From the sequence record OR050627.1: 64,000 nt of DNA; one strand, 5' to 3'. Positions 27,968 to 37,695 of this stretch are shown in pieces. Position 1 is the stretch's first letter. Each line of letters begins with the position of its first letter. The notes under the pieces are model-generated. The model was not told the origin of the DNA and ran no database searches. It saw nothing but the letters and a program-made list of their open reading frames with translations. The position numbers and the translations under genes are program-made.

Positions 27968-28087
27968 CTTAACATACTATGAAAAGAGACGTTATCGTAA
28001 TTGGTAGTGAAACTACTGAAGGATTTGCCAATGAATACTATTGGGGAATCTAAAATTTTTTAAAAATAAATTCCCAAATGTTTTCAC

Positions 28088-28112
28088 GTTTGGGAATTTT
28101 TGTTTATATTTG
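28088..28112 (+). promoter_or_regulatory. Promoter variant (GTTTG-N12-TATATTTG)
   Basis: TATATTTG at 28105 with GTTTG in the ATGTC position; embedded in an AATTCCCAAA/TTTGGGAATT hairpin. Confidence 0.6.
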
Positions 28113-28138
28113 TAATAACAAATTAAACAATAAAAGCT

Positions 28139-28633
28139 ATGAATATTTTTGTATTAGATGAACATCCAGTTAAAGCTGCACAAATGCAATGTAATAAGCA
28201 TGTAGTAAAAATGATAGTAGAAACTGCACAAATGCTTTCTACATATGCAAGAAAACATGAATTGCCTGGTAGTGATATGCTTTACAAAGCGACACATAAA
28301 AATCATCCATGTACATTATGGCTAGATGAATCTGTTAATAACGTACATTGGTTAGCTTTGCACGGCTTAGCATTAATTAAAGAATATTATCGTAGATATG
28401 GCAAACGACATAAAACTACTGATGTAATGTTGAATTTTTATAGCGTAGCATATAAAGAATTAATGCATGCAGATTTTAGCAAGCATACTAAATTTGCATT
28501 AGCTATGCCAGAGGAATACATTACTGATGATGCAATAAATAGCTATAGAGCATATTATGCTAACGCCAAGAAAGATTTGTTGATTTACACTAACAGAGAA
28601 ATGCCTGAATGGATATCTTACTTTACTAAATAA
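28139..28633 (+). CDS. Pyrimidine dimer DNA glycosylase / endonuclease V family protein
   Basis: MNIFVLD..P..AAQ..CNKHVVKM..ETAQML, H.NHPC..W, EY..RYGK.H, AMP, YR.YY motifs. Confidence 0.85.
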   Translation: MNIFVLDEHPVKAAQMQCNKHVVKMIVETAQMLSTYARKHELPGSDMLYKATHKNHPCTLWLDESVNNVHWLALHGLALIKEYYRRYGKRHKTTDVMLNFYSVAYKELMHADFSKHTKFALAMPEEYITDDAINSYRAYYANAKKDLLIYTNREMPEWISYFTK

Positions 28634-28725
28634 AGTTGCATTAAAATTTTTACATGCCATAAATGTTTATGAAAAATTTAATAAATTTTTAACATTTTAA
28701 ATTTTACTACGTAGTAAAATTTTAA

Positions 28726-28733
28726 TATATTTG
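28726..28733 (+). promoter_or_regulatory. Bacteroidota-type -7 promoter box
   Basis: TATATTTG upstream of the topoisomerase gene; a degenerate AGTTG-N15-ATGCC copy lies at 28634-28658. Confidence 0.55.
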
Positions 28734-28767
28734 TATTATAAAATTAATCAAACAATAAAATTACATA

Positions 28768-30747
28768 ATGTCAGACGAACAAAATTACCAAGAAGTACAC
28801 CAAAATGCGGATATCGAAAATAAGTACAAGAAACTTACAGATATTGAGCATGTACTTATTAGGCCTACAATTTACATAGGTTCAGTTATAGCAGAAAAAT
28901 TTGTAACTGAAAAATACGTAACATTTCCAGATTCTGATGAAAAACCAAAAATCGTAACAGCAGAACTTACTTATAGTAAAGGCATCATTACGTTATTCAA
29001 TGAGTTAGTCAATAACTCTTACGATGAGTACATCAGAACATTGAAAATGCGTCCAGCCGAAAGACTTACAGAATTACGTGTTACTATCAAAAGAAAGTCA
29101 GGAATTCTGGAAGTTGGCGATAACGGCGGTATTCCAGTAGTTTTGCATAAGGGTGAAAATATGCTATTGCCTACAATGTTATTTGGTCACTTACGTTCAG
29201 GTTCAAACTACGACGATAGTAGAGGAGATGTTTCTGGAACTAATGGTGTCGGAGCATCTTTGGTTAACGTAATGTCTAAGTCATTCAAAGTAGAAACTTG
29301 CGATGGCAAAAACGTTTACGAAGGTAAGTGGTCAAACAATATGCAAACGTTCGAAGGCGATAATGTAACTAAAGCTAAACGTGACAACTCAAAAGGCACA
29401 ACAATTTCTGCAGAATTAGATTTTGCCAGATTAGGAATGGAAGGCTTTACGCAGGATTTGGTTGACAAATTTAGAACCAGAACTTTAGAAGTTGCAGCTA
29501 TGGCGGCATCCAAAGATAAGCCTATGAAAGTTATTTTCACTGTACTTAATGAAGAATCAAACTTAGCTGATTCAAGTGAAGAATTTTTGTTCCATAGTTT
29601 CCAGGATTATGCAAGACTTTACGAAGGCGTTGACGAAAACTTCAATGGATTTACTTTGGAAAAAATGGACTTCTTAGTAGGACCTTCCACTTCCGATAGT
29701 TTAGAATCTTCGGCTTTATTGAACTCAATCAGATGTGACTATGGTACGCATATTGATACTTTGGCTGACAGAATAGTAGGACATATAAGATGGTTCATTA
29801 ACAAAAAGCATAAAATTGATTTGAAGCCAAAACAAATCAAGGATAGACTTAGGTTTATTTCAAAATGGTCAGTACCTCAACCATCGTTTAACAACCAAAC
29901 TAAGGATGCTTTAGTAACTCCACCAAAAGACTTTGGATATGATGTTACTGAATTACCTTTGAAATTCTGCGGATGGCTTGACAAATCTGAAATCGTTGCC
30001 AGACTTTTAGACTTCCACAAAAACAAACAACAAGAGGAGGAAAACGCTGCAGTACGTAGAGCAACAAAAGTCAAAGTTAATCACCAAAAGATCGACAAAT
30101 TACTAGATGCTTCATCGCGTAACCAACGTAACAAATGTGAAATATTCTTGGCCGAAGGGGACTCTGCTATGAATGGTGTTCGTAGATGTAGGAATGCAGA
30201 ATATCAAGGTGCCTTTGGACTTGGTGGTAAATTCTCAAATGTTTTCTATGCCAAACCTGCCGATATTATCAAAGTTAGAGGTAAGGAAACTGCGTCTAAA
30301 GCTAAAAACTTAATGGACGCTACAGGTTTACAATTTGGAGTTAATGCTTTGGAAACTCTACGTTGGAACAGAATTAACATTATGACTGACGCTGACTACG
30401 ATGGATACGCTATCGCATGCCAATTAGTTTTGTTCTTTAGAAAGTTCTGGCCTGAGTTGATTGAAGCTGGTAAGATAGCCAGAGTACTTTCGCCAATCAT
30501 GGTTGCTAGAAAAGACAAAGATGTTAAAGTTTACTACACAATGGAAGACTATCAAAAAGATGAGGCTTGGTTAAACAAAAACAAATACCAATCAAAGCAT
30601 ATCAAAGGACTTGCAGCATTAAGACCTGAGGAATATGCAGATGTTATCAAAAATCCAGTGTTACAAAAAATCACTGAGGATTCAGAAGACTGGGCATCAT
30701 TAGAACAATGGTTCGGAGATAATGCCGATGCAAGAAAAGTATTTTAA
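28768..30747 (+). CDS. DNA topoisomerase II ATPase/TOPRIM subunit (T4 gp39+gp60-like)
   Basis: EHVLIRP..YIGS, E..NN..D, GSNYDD, G.NGVGA (GHKL); AEGDSA and MTDADYDG (TOPRIM); KGLA. Confidence 0.95.
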   Translation: MSDEQNYQEVHQNADIENKYKKLTDIEHVLIRPTIYIGSVIAEKFVTEKYVTFPDSDEKPKIVTAELTYSKGIITLFNELVNNSYDEYIRTLKMRPAERLTELRVTIKRKSGILEVGDNGGIPVVLHKGENMLLPTMLFGHLRSGSNYDDSRGDVSGTNGVGASLVNVMSKSFKVETCDGKNVYEGKWSNNMQTFEGDNVTKAKRDNSKGTTISAELDFARLGMEGFTQDLVDKFRTRTLEVAAMAASKDKPMKVIFTVLNEESNLADSSEEFLFHSFQDYARLYEGVDENFNGFTLEKMDFLVGPSTSDSLESSALLNSIRCDYGTHIDTLADRIVGHIRWFINKKHKIDLKPKQIKDRLRFISKWSVPQPSFNNQTKDALVTPPKDFGYDVTELPLKFCGWLDKSEIVARLLDFHKNKQQEEENAAVRRATKVKVNHQKIDKLLDASSRNQRNKCEIFLAEGDSAMNGVRRCRNAEYQGAFGLGGKFSNVFYAKPADIIKVRGKETASKAKNLMDATGLQFGVNALETLRWNRINIMTDADYDGYAIACQLVLFFRKFWPELIEAGKIARVLSPIMVARKDKDVKVYYTMEDYQKDEAWLNKNKYQSKHIKGLAALRPEEYADVIKNPVLQKITEDSEDWASLEQWFGDNADARKVF

Positions 30748-30766
30748 AAGTAAATGACAATACAAT

Positions 30767-30798
30767 AAAAACGAGGTACCAAAAAGTACCTCGTTTTT
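30767..30798 (+). terminator. Rho-independent terminator
   Basis: AAAAACGAGGTAC...GTACCTCGTTTTT. Confidence 0.85.
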
Positions 30799-31033
30799 TC
30801 GTTTAATATTTAACCAAAATAAAATTTTTTATGGCCTTAGAATGTCTGATTTGGTATATGCACGTTTTATGAATTGAATAATAAAATGTATATTATGATA
30901 GATATGCCAATGCAAGAAATTTGGCAAGCCAAACAAAGTTTACAAAGTCAAGGCTTTGATGAAACTAAAAAGATCATTACAAACCTGATGGTACTTTAGG
31001 CTGGGAAGACATTCCGCAAAATCCATAACGCTA

Positions 31034-31061
31034 AAAAGACACTGCAATTGCAGTGTCTTTT
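31034..31061. terminator. Perfect 28-bp palindrome / terminator
   Basis: AAAAGACACTGCAATTGCAGTGTCTTTT. Confidence 0.7.
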
Positions 31062-31087
31062 GTATTTTAAACAAAACATTAAATATC

Positions 31088-31354
31088 ATGGCAGACTACA
31101 AAATCAAAAGAACTGGCGAAATGTTAAGCCTAAAAGACATTATGAAATCGCACATTGACGGTAACGTTGCCGAAAACGCACGATTTGAAAGTACTGATGG
31201 CAAATTTACAATCAGCAATAGCTACTCGCTAGGCTTAACTTACATTAAAAATGATGATAAGTCGAATCCTCGTAAAATTTACCTTAAGCCATCTACTGAA
31301 TATGTTACGCTATCTAAGCTAACGTTTGAAAAAGTTTTTGTAAATTGGCATTAA
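31088..31354 (+). CDS. Hypothetical protein
   Basis: 88-aa ORF. Confidence 0.65.
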   Translation: MADYKIKRTGEMLSLKDIMKSHIDGNVAENARFESTDGKFTISNSYSLGLTYIKNDDKSNPRKIYLKPSTEYVTLSKLTFEKVFVNWH

Positions 31355-31356
31355 AA

Positions 31357-31402
31357 TAGTTGTAAAAATATTTTTTAGTTTGATAAAAAATTCTTATATT
31401 TG
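31357..31402 (+). promoter_or_regulatory. Promoter variant (TAGTTG-N15-GTTTG-N12-TATATTTG)
   Basis: Same spacing as the other copies. Confidence 0.7.
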
Positions 31403-31422
31403 TACTATAAAATTTAACAATT

Positions 31423-31647
31423 ATGGACATTTTTTTAATTAAAGCAGCATATAAAGTCGGTTACGATAGCTTTGACAGCCATGTAATTGCAGCAAATTCC
31501 AAATTTGAAGTTGTAGAACTAGCAATTGATACATGCGCAGATGAAGGCGAGCATGCATGGTTAGTAACTAACGTAATACGCTTAGGTACTTATGAAGGTA
31601 ATAAAAGTGAACCTTTTGTTATAATTTCATCATTTAATGCAGGATAA
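31423..31647 (+). CDS. Hypothetical protein
   Basis: 74-aa ORF between two promoters. Confidence 0.65.
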   Translation: MDIFLIKAAYKVGYDSFDSHVIAANSKFEVVELAIDTCADEGEHAWLVTNVIRLGTYEGNKSEPFVIISSFNAG

Positions 31648-31656
31648 AATTTTCAC

Positions 31657-31681
31657 ATGTCAAATATTTTTCTTATATTTG
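31657..31681 (+). promoter_or_regulatory. Conserved phage promoter
   Basis: ATGTC 31657, TATATTTG 31674. Confidence 0.75.
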
Positions 31682-31753
31682 TATTATACAAATGGTAATA
31701 ATTACCATTTTTGAATTGGTCAACAACCTATAAATTATAACAATCAATAACAC

Positions 31754-33223
31754 ATGGCAAAACGTAAAAATGTAGCGGAAGCATCTGAATTTGAACTAAC
31801 TGAGTTTAACGACCAGATCAACATCACTACTTTACTTAACACTGATTATAAGGCTTATGCAGGATATACTGTATTTAACAGGGCAATTCCATCATTAGCC
31901 GACGGATTCAAAACTGTACAACGAAAAATTATGTACACTGCTTTAGGCGAACTTAAAGGCAACAAACCAATTAAGGTAGCTGCATTAGGAGGATTCGTAA
32001 TGGCAAAATCACATTACGCTCACGGTGATGCTTCGCTAGAATCTGCTATCGTAACAATGGGCCAAGGATTTAAACAATCGCTGCCTTATTTCTTACCTGA
32101 TGGTGACTTTGGTGAAATTTATACACCTCAAGCTGGTGCGGCAAGGTATATTTCAATGTACAAATCTGATGTTTTCGATTTGTTGATGAAAGATTCCAAC
32201 CAGCTTGTTAAGCAATATTCAGAAGGTGATGAAATTGAACCTACTCATTACTTACCAATTATTCCAACAGTACTTATCAATTCAACTGAAGGTATGGCTG
32301 TAGGATATTCATCAAACATCATTAACAAAAACCCGCTTGGCTTAATTGATGCTTGTATCGAATATGTTAAGTCAGGAAAATTGGACGATTCGTTAGAGTT
32401 GATTCCTTACTTCCAAGGAGCTATAGGACGTTACGTTAACTATACCAATCATATTGGTGAGTCCAGATTTGAACATTACGGACTTTGGGAACAAGTTAAT
32501 CCTAAAATGCTTAGAGTTACAGGACTTCCTGCAGGAACTACATTAGAAAAGTTTGAAGATCACTTAAACTCATTGATTGACGCAGGTCAAATTTTCGACT
32601 GGGTTAACCGATCAGAAAACAACAAAATTAACTACGAGGTTCACTTTGACAAAAACGTACTTGCAGACATTATCAAAAAAGGAACAGTGCTTAACGTTCT
32701 AAAATTGTTCACAAGACTTCAAGTTGATAACTTAACAATGCTGGATATTGATGGAAAAGTTAAAAGATTTGATAATGTTGCACAAGTTATCCGTAGATTT
32801 ATCGATTGGAGAATGCCGTACGTAGAAACTCGTAGACAGCTAAAAATTGATGAAATTGCCAAAAAGATCAAGGCTGCAAATGACAAACTAAAATTCATTC
32901 AGCTTGTTCAGGAAGGTAAAATTGATGTTAAGTCATTCGTTTCAAGAGCCAATGCTGCAGAAAAACTTAGCAAATTCGACTTACCTGTTGAAATGGTAGA
33001 CATCAAAATTTATTCAATATCCAAGGAGGAAGTTGAAAAACTAAAGAAAAGTATTGCAGACTTAGAAAAAGAGCTTAGCTACTATGAAAAGCTGACTGCA
33101 AAGAAAATGTACCTAACAGATTTAACTGACTTACTTAAAGCAGTAGAAGCAAAAGGTTATCAAAGAGACGAATGCGAATACATTGTAGATAAAGTATGGC
33201 AAGCACAACTGGCTCAACAATAA
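31754..33223 (+). CDS. DNA topoisomerase II breakage-reunion subunit (T4 gp52-like)
   Basis: RAIPSLADGFK..QRK, HYAHGDASL, AARY catalytic Tyr, LPIIP..L.N..EG..VGY. Confidence 0.95.
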   Translation: MAKRKNVAEASEFELTEFNDQINITTLLNTDYKAYAGYTVFNRAIPSLADGFKTVQRKIMYTALGELKGNKPIKVAALGGFVMAKSHYAHGDASLESAIVTMGQGFKQSLPYFLPDGDFGEIYTPQAGAARYISMYKSDVFDLLMKDSNQLVKQYSEGDEIEPTHYLPIIPTVLINSTEGMAVGYSSNIINKNPLGLIDACIEYVKSGKLDDSLELIPYFQGAIGRYVNYTNHIGESRFEHYGLWEQVNPKMLRVTGLPAGTTLEKFEDHLNSLIDAGQIFDWVNRSENNKINYEVHFDKNVLADIIKKGTVLNVLKLFTRLQVDNLTMLDIDGKVKRFDNVAQVIRRFIDWRMPYVETRRQLKIDEIAKKIKAANDKLKFIQLVQEGKIDVKSFVSRANAAEKLSKFDLPVEMVDIKIYSISKEEVEKLKKSIADLEKELSYYEKLTAKKMYLTDLTDLLKAVEAKGYQRDECEYIVDKVWQAQLAQQ

Positions 33224-33450
33224 CAATAAAGTTCCAAAAAGGAGTATATGCTTTCCAGCGTGAATTAACGCTGGAAATGTATCTCCACTTACTAAAGGAA
33301 AATCCGCAACCATTGATCGACGATATTCAAAAGATCAGGGCAGATATTGACAGAATGCCGGAATCACACTCTGGAAACTGTAGATGCGCATGTTGTTATG
33401 CACATCATAAAGACGACTTACCGCCAACAGTAGACCCAATAATTATTTAA
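33196..33450 (+). CDS. Hypothetical protein
   Basis: 84-aa ORF with Cys/His cluster, overlaps the gp52 end. Confidence 0.5.
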   Translation: MASTTGSTITIKFQKGVYAFQRELTLEMYLHLLKENPQPLIDDIQKIRADIDRMPESHSGNCRCACCYAHHKDDLPPTVDPIII

Positions 33451-33455
33451 AAACT

Positions 33456-33794
33456 ATGAAATTACCACAACAAGTAGATTCAGAATCTACAGAAGCTAAA
33501 CTAGCTGAAAAGCTTGAAGAAGTAAAAACAGAAATCAAAATTTTGTTATTGCATACTGCGCTATTATTCGTACACGTTACTATAATCTGGCTAATATACA
33601 GCTGGATTGCCCCAAAAATTGTACAGTTCAGCCTACCAGAATTTTCATGGACGGAATTTGCATTTGCACTTATTCTTGGTAGATTTTTGTATGCAGGAAT
33701 ATCAGTAAAAATTGAGGCTAGGAAAGCATACAACAAATACAAAGAACGTGAAGCTAAACGAAAGAATGAAGAAGTTACGACTTGGTTAGATTAA
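33456..33794 (+). CDS. Membrane protein (two TM segments)
   Basis: Two hydrophobic stretches. Confidence 0.65.
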   Translation: MKLPQQVDSESTEAKLAEKLEEVKTEIKILLLHTALLFVHVTIIWLIYSWIAPKIVQFSLPEFSWTEFAFALILGRFLYAGISVKIEARKAYNKYKEREAKRKNEEVTTWLD

Positions 33795-33843
33795 CAGCCA
33801 ACTTTCTAAGCAACATAGTATAATAAAAACATAATACAAGACA

Positions 33844-34164
33844 ATGCAAAATACACAACAAGAAGATAACGTAGCTGACGTACAAATCGACAGTAAAGAA
33901 TTACTTAATGAACTTGAACAACTTACTGGACAACGAATAGTTTCTGAGGAATACCAAAAGGACCAGGCTCAGCTTATGGAGTACATGGAGCAAAACAAAT
34001 TATACAATAGGTCTTCAATGAACAGACAACAAAAACGTAACCACTTCTTAAAAGCCGATCTTGGCGGAGATAAGTCTAACCAACAAAGAGCTCAGGCTAA
34101 AAAGATTGCCAAAGTAAAAGCTAAATCCAAAGCCGCTAAGAAAGCTAGGAAAAAGCAAAGATAA
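33844..34164 (+). CDS. Hypothetical protein with highly basic C-terminus
   Basis: MNRQQKR motif and KAKSKAAKKARKKQR tail; possible nucleic-acid binder. Confidence 0.65.
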   Translation: MQNTQQEDNVADVQIDSKELLNELEQLTGQRIVSEEYQKDQAQLMEYMEQNKLYNRSSMNRQQKRNHFLKADLGGDKSNQQRAQAKKIAKVKAKSKAAKKARKKQR

Positions 34165-34200
34165 CGACCATGATTTTTGATTTTTAATATTATTGATTTT

Positions 34201-34234
34201 ATCCCAAGTGTCTTAATTGATACTTGGGATTTTT
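34201..34234 (+). terminator. Rho-independent terminator
   Basis: ATCCCAAGT...ACTTGGGAT plus T run. Confidence 0.7.
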
Positions 34235-34278
34235 GCATTTATTAATGCTTAATACATAAAATCTAAAAATTATAAAAT

Positions 34279-34560
34279 ATGGCTAACGACACATTTGAAT
34301 GGAAAACACCTGCAGAAGCATTGCCTAAAATAGGCGAAGTAATTATTGTAGAATTAATGCCTGCATCAGGTGAACCTAACAGTAACGTTATTAGGTTCAA
34401 TGGACAATATGTTAATGTATTTTCTGACAATGCTACGTTCAATCACAAAAATTACTTTTTTGACATTGACCAAAAACATGATGAAAAAACTTTTACGGTT
34501 GACAAAGTTAAGCAATGGTCGCCTTGGTTCGAAGGTTGGGAAACTGCATCAGTAGATTAA
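34279..34560 (+). CDS. DUF551-like protein (paralog 1)
   Basis: W....E.LP..GE..IV and V.QWSPWFEGW. Confidence 0.6.
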   Translation: MANDTFEWKTPAEALPKIGEVIIVELMPASGEPNSNVIRFNGQYVNVFSDNATFNHKNYFFDIDQKHDEKTFTVDKVKQWSPWFEGWETASVD

Positions 34561-34570
34561 GTTAACAAAC

Positions 34571-34601
34571 AAAACTCCTATACTTTTTGTTTAGGAGTTT
34601 T
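34571..34601 (+). terminator. Rho-independent terminator
   Basis: AAAACTCCTA...TAGGAGTTTT. Confidence 0.7.
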
Positions 34602-34648
34602 GTTTTATACGTTTATACATACATTAATTATACAAATTAAAATTACAT

Positions 34649-34969
34649 ATGGCAACAATAACTTGGAAGCAAGTTTCCGCAGAAAAGCCGGAACCAAACA
34701 CAAAAATACTAATCAAAGCTAAATTTACTCAATACGAATCTTGGAATGACGTAAAAATTGGTAACAATAACTGTCAGACTATAGTAGCTAAAGATTTTGA
34801 AGAGCCACTAGAGGCTGTACTATCAGGAGAATATAACGACAATGCAACACTAACCAATTTTACTCCGCTTTGGAAATTATTCAAAGCCAGACACGGAGTA
34901 TCTGCATTTGAATTTGACAAAATTACAGAGTGGGCTGAGTGGTTCCCTGGATGGGATTTAGAAGACTAA
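34649..34969 (+). CDS. DUF551-like protein (paralog 2)
   Basis: WKQVSAEKPEP...ILIKAKF and ITEWAEWFPGW. Confidence 0.65.
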   Translation: MATITWKQVSAEKPEPNTKILIKAKFTQYESWNDVKIGNNNCQTIVAKDFEEPLEAVLSGEYNDNATLTNFTPLWKLFKARHGVSAFEFDKITEWAEWFPGWDLED

Positions 34970-35002
34970 GATTAAACCAAAAACTTTTTAAAATATTTTA
35001 AT

Positions 35003-35278
35003 ATGGCCGAAATAAAATGGATTAGCACTAAGGACCGTATGCCTAAAAAAGACACTACTGTGCTAATAAAAGCAGTGTTTTATACTAATGAAGGCATGCC
35101 ATATGAAAGAATTGTAGAAGCTAAGCTTATTGACAAACTTAACGATCATGGCTCAGTAGCATGGAACACAACTACTTTATGGCAAATGCCTAGAGGCTTG
35201 GCTGGCGTAAATGCTTTTGAATATTACAAAATTTTAGAATGGGCTGAGTGGTTCAAAGATTGGCAAAATACAAACTAA
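35003..35278 (+). CDS. DUF551-like protein (paralog 3)
   Basis: WISTKDRMP..DTTVLI and ILEWAEWFKDW. Confidence 0.7.
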   Translation: MAEIKWISTKDRMPKKDTTVLIKAVFYTNEGMPYERIVEAKLIDKLNDHGSVAWNTTTLWQMPRGLAGVNAFEYYKILEWAEWFKDWQNTN

Positions 35279-35292
35279 CAACAAATTTTAAT

Positions 35293-35634
35293 ATGGCAAC
35301 AAAATATAACGTTAACGATAGACTACCGCAAGAAAATCGTTTAGTAAGCATAACTTACACTGATGAGTACGGAAAGACTCGTACACGTAACGCTTACATG
35401 GGTAGAAGCTACCAAAATGTAGGCAAAGATTCTTATACAATTCAATGGTTCTTTAAACCGCAATTTGACTTTGTATCTGGCGCTTTATTAGCTGACACTG
35501 AATGGTCGTTTTTACCAGGTGATGAGGACAAAGAATGGTTTGCACTATCTAGCAAAGATGGCTCTTTCTTAACATTCAAGGATGTATCAGGAGGCGAATG
35601 TTTGCTAGTACAAGCAGAAGTTCCTGCGCCTTAA
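35293..35634 (+). CDS. DUF551-like protein (paralog 4)
   Basis: Start ATG 35293; YNVNDRLPQENRLVSI. Confidence 0.55.
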   Translation: MATKYNVNDRLPQENRLVSITYTDEYGKTRTRNAYMGRSYQNVGKDSYTIQWFFKPQFDFVSGALLADTEWSFLPGDEDKEWFALSSKDGSFLTFKDVSGGECLLVQAEVPAP

Positions 35635-35676
35635 CAATTTTTACAAAACACAAAAACAAACAAATTTATTTTTATT

Positions 35677-36108
35677 ATGGCTGACGAAACTTTAAACAAA
35701 TTGCCAGTTGACCAATTACCTGCAGCTACTAGTGCTACAGGAATTAATGTAGTAGTTCATAAAGACGGCGTACTTATGCAATCTGCTGTTAGCGTTATTA
35801 CGTCTGCAGTTAATGCAGAAATTACGACAATAAAGGCTGACGTTGCTACTGCAAAAGCTGATGCTAGTGCTGCTAAGGGCGATCTTGACGTTTTTAAACA
35901 AAACGAATTTGCTCCAGTTAAAGCAGAATCCGCTGCTACTAAAACACTGGCTAATACTAACAAAACTGACATTGCTACGTTAAAAACTAATAACACAGCA
36001 AACAAAGCAGATATTGCTACATTAAAAACTACATTAACTAAAGATGGCAAAATTGTAGTTTTGTCATTTGAAGCTGACGGTACTGTTAAGTGGGCTGCAG
36101 GAACGTAA
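35677..36108 (+). CDS. Coiled-coil fibrous protein (whisker/fibritin-like)
   Basis: Heptad repeats, duplicated NK(T/A)DIATLKT. Confidence 0.6.
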   Translation: MADETLNKLPVDQLPAATSATGINVVVHKDGVLMQSAVSVITSAVNAEITTIKADVATAKADASAAKGDLDVFKQNEFAPVKAESAATKTLANTNKTDIATLKTNNTANKADIATLKTTLTKDGKIVVLSFEADGTVKWAAGT

Positions 36109-36134
36109 ATAACCAATAACGTCAACAACAAATT

Positions 36135-36166
36135 AAGCCAGGGCGTCCTGAACGTCCTGGCTTTTT
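36135..36166 (+). terminator. Rho-independent terminator
   Basis: AAGCCAGGGCGT...ACGTCCTGGCTT plus T run. Confidence 0.75.
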
Positions 36167-36230
36167 ACATTAAACATGACATTAATATCATTGCAAATAG
36201 AACGAACTGCATGTACGTAAAACTTAAAAT

Positions 36231-37655
36231 ATGCTAAACGAATATAATGACAGCCATAAGTGTAATGTAGCGCTTATTGATGCTGATGCTAAATGGGAAA
36301 CTAACGACAAGTTTCCTGAAAATTTTCAAAGAGTCTACATTAAATGGAAATATCCAAATGCTGAGGAAGTTAATACAGCTTATGCGTATTTTTGGCGGGC
36401 TTACGGCGAAGGTGTAGGATATCATTTTAAGCATAGATTTTGGCTAGTATGCCCAGTAGATGAAATGAAATCTGTGCCTATGGAATGGGTTACTGGCTGG
36501 ACTACTGGCGAAAAAGACGAAGATAATAATGTAGGCAAAGTTATTGGTACTATTTACGATCTTACAGATTTTTCTGACAGATCTTTATTTTCGCTTAGAT
36601 TTGGCGATGTTAATACATCCGAAGGCACTCTAAAATTTGACCTTGGAGGTAACAACTTGGTGCAATTTAAACGATATACTGGATTTGTAAATTGTACTTA
36701 CACTATAGTAGTTGAAAATTTAGGCAAGCTTAGATTTTATTTGCAAGGTGATTTTTATGATACTGAAACTAACAAGTCTACTAACACATCCATAATGCTA
36801 GACCATGAAATGTGGGATGGCATGAACCTTAGAGGTTTTGGCTTGTGGGAGACGCTTGAAAAACTGCCTGACGAGCTAATGGGTAAAACTGACAACTGGG
36901 AAATAACTCTAAAATTTAGTTATGCTGGCATAAAACTTACTTACAAACATTTAGGTACAGGTCAAATTTTTGAACGTTATAGCGGGCCTAACTTATGTTC
37001 AAATGCGCATTATTTTTCAGTAGGATCATCATGGTCAACTACTACAGACTATGCTACAGTTAAGCAGATTAAGCTTGATGCTGATGATGTACTTAGTAGA
37101 ACGTTAGTCATTGCAGATGCTTCTGGAATAGGTACTGATAGTAATGATGGATTGACAGGTACTGGCTGGGCTAGCAATTTCGGCGGCTTACTTTATGGCG
37201 GCGCAGTAGCTACCAACATGGACATTATAAAATTGTTGCCTGAAATAAATGAGTTTATTAAGCCTACAAAAATTATTTTTGCAGCAGGTAGTTATCCAAG
37301 TGCATTAACAATGACTGCAGCAGAAGCGTCTGAGGCTGTACATAATGCAATAGGATTGGTTCAGACAGTTAGGCAATACGGCGTATGTACTATGCCAGTT
37401 TACGAAGCGACTAATGCAAATTGCGCATTCCAGTTTAAAGTAACTAATTTGCTACGTAACTTACCTGATAACAAATATAAATTATACAATGACATAGACA
37501 TTTGGAACTCTTTAGCAGACAAAACAAATATAGATGCTCCAGTATTGCAATCGACGTATGCATCCGGCAGAAACAGTAAGTTCTGGGGAACTTTATCTGA
37601 TACGGGTAATAATGAAATTGCAAATTTACTAAGCTCATCAAATTCACCTGCTTAA
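36231..37655 (+). CDS. Multidomain protein: DUF551-like N-terminus, beta-sandwich middle, degenerate SGNH-like C-terminus
   Basis: KWETNDKFPE..RVYI...VTGW; C-terminal alpha/beta domain ending ...HL/TLSD.GN..IA.LL-like. Confidence 0.55.
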   Translation: MLNEYNDSHKCNVALIDADAKWETNDKFPENFQRVYIKWKYPNAEEVNTAYAYFWRAYGEGVGYHFKHRFWLVCPVDEMKSVPMEWVTGWTTGEKDEDNNVGKVIGTIYDLTDFSDRSLFSLRFGDVNTSEGTLKFDLGGNNLVQFKRYTGFVNCTYTIVVENLGKLRFYLQGDFYDTETNKSTNTSIMLDHEMWDGMNLRGFGLWETLEKLPDELMGKTDNWEITLKFSYAGIKLTYKHLGTGQIFERYSGPNLCSNAHYFSVGSSWSTTTDYATVKQIKLDADDVLSRTLVIADASGIGTDSNDGLTGTGWASNFGGLLYGGAVATNMDIIKLLPEINEFIKPTKIIFAAGSYPSALTMTAAEASEAVHNAIGLVQTVRQYGVCTMPVYEATNANCAFQFKVTNLLRNLPDNKYKLYNDIDIWNSLADKTNIDAPVLQSTYASGRNSKFWGTLSDTGNNEIANLLSSSNSPA

Positions 37656-37661
37656 AGCTTT

Positions 37662-37695
37662 AAAGCCTGAACGTTACGAACGTTCAGGCTTTTTG
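37662..37695 (+). terminator. Rho-independent terminator
   Basis: AAAGCCTGAACG...CGTTCAGGCTTT; same stem as 1249. Confidence 0.8.

Noticed and set aside
27979-28053. 24-codon ORF MKRDVIVIGSETTEGFANEYYWGI after thioredoxin
   Set aside because: Too short to support without homology or ribosome-profiling data.
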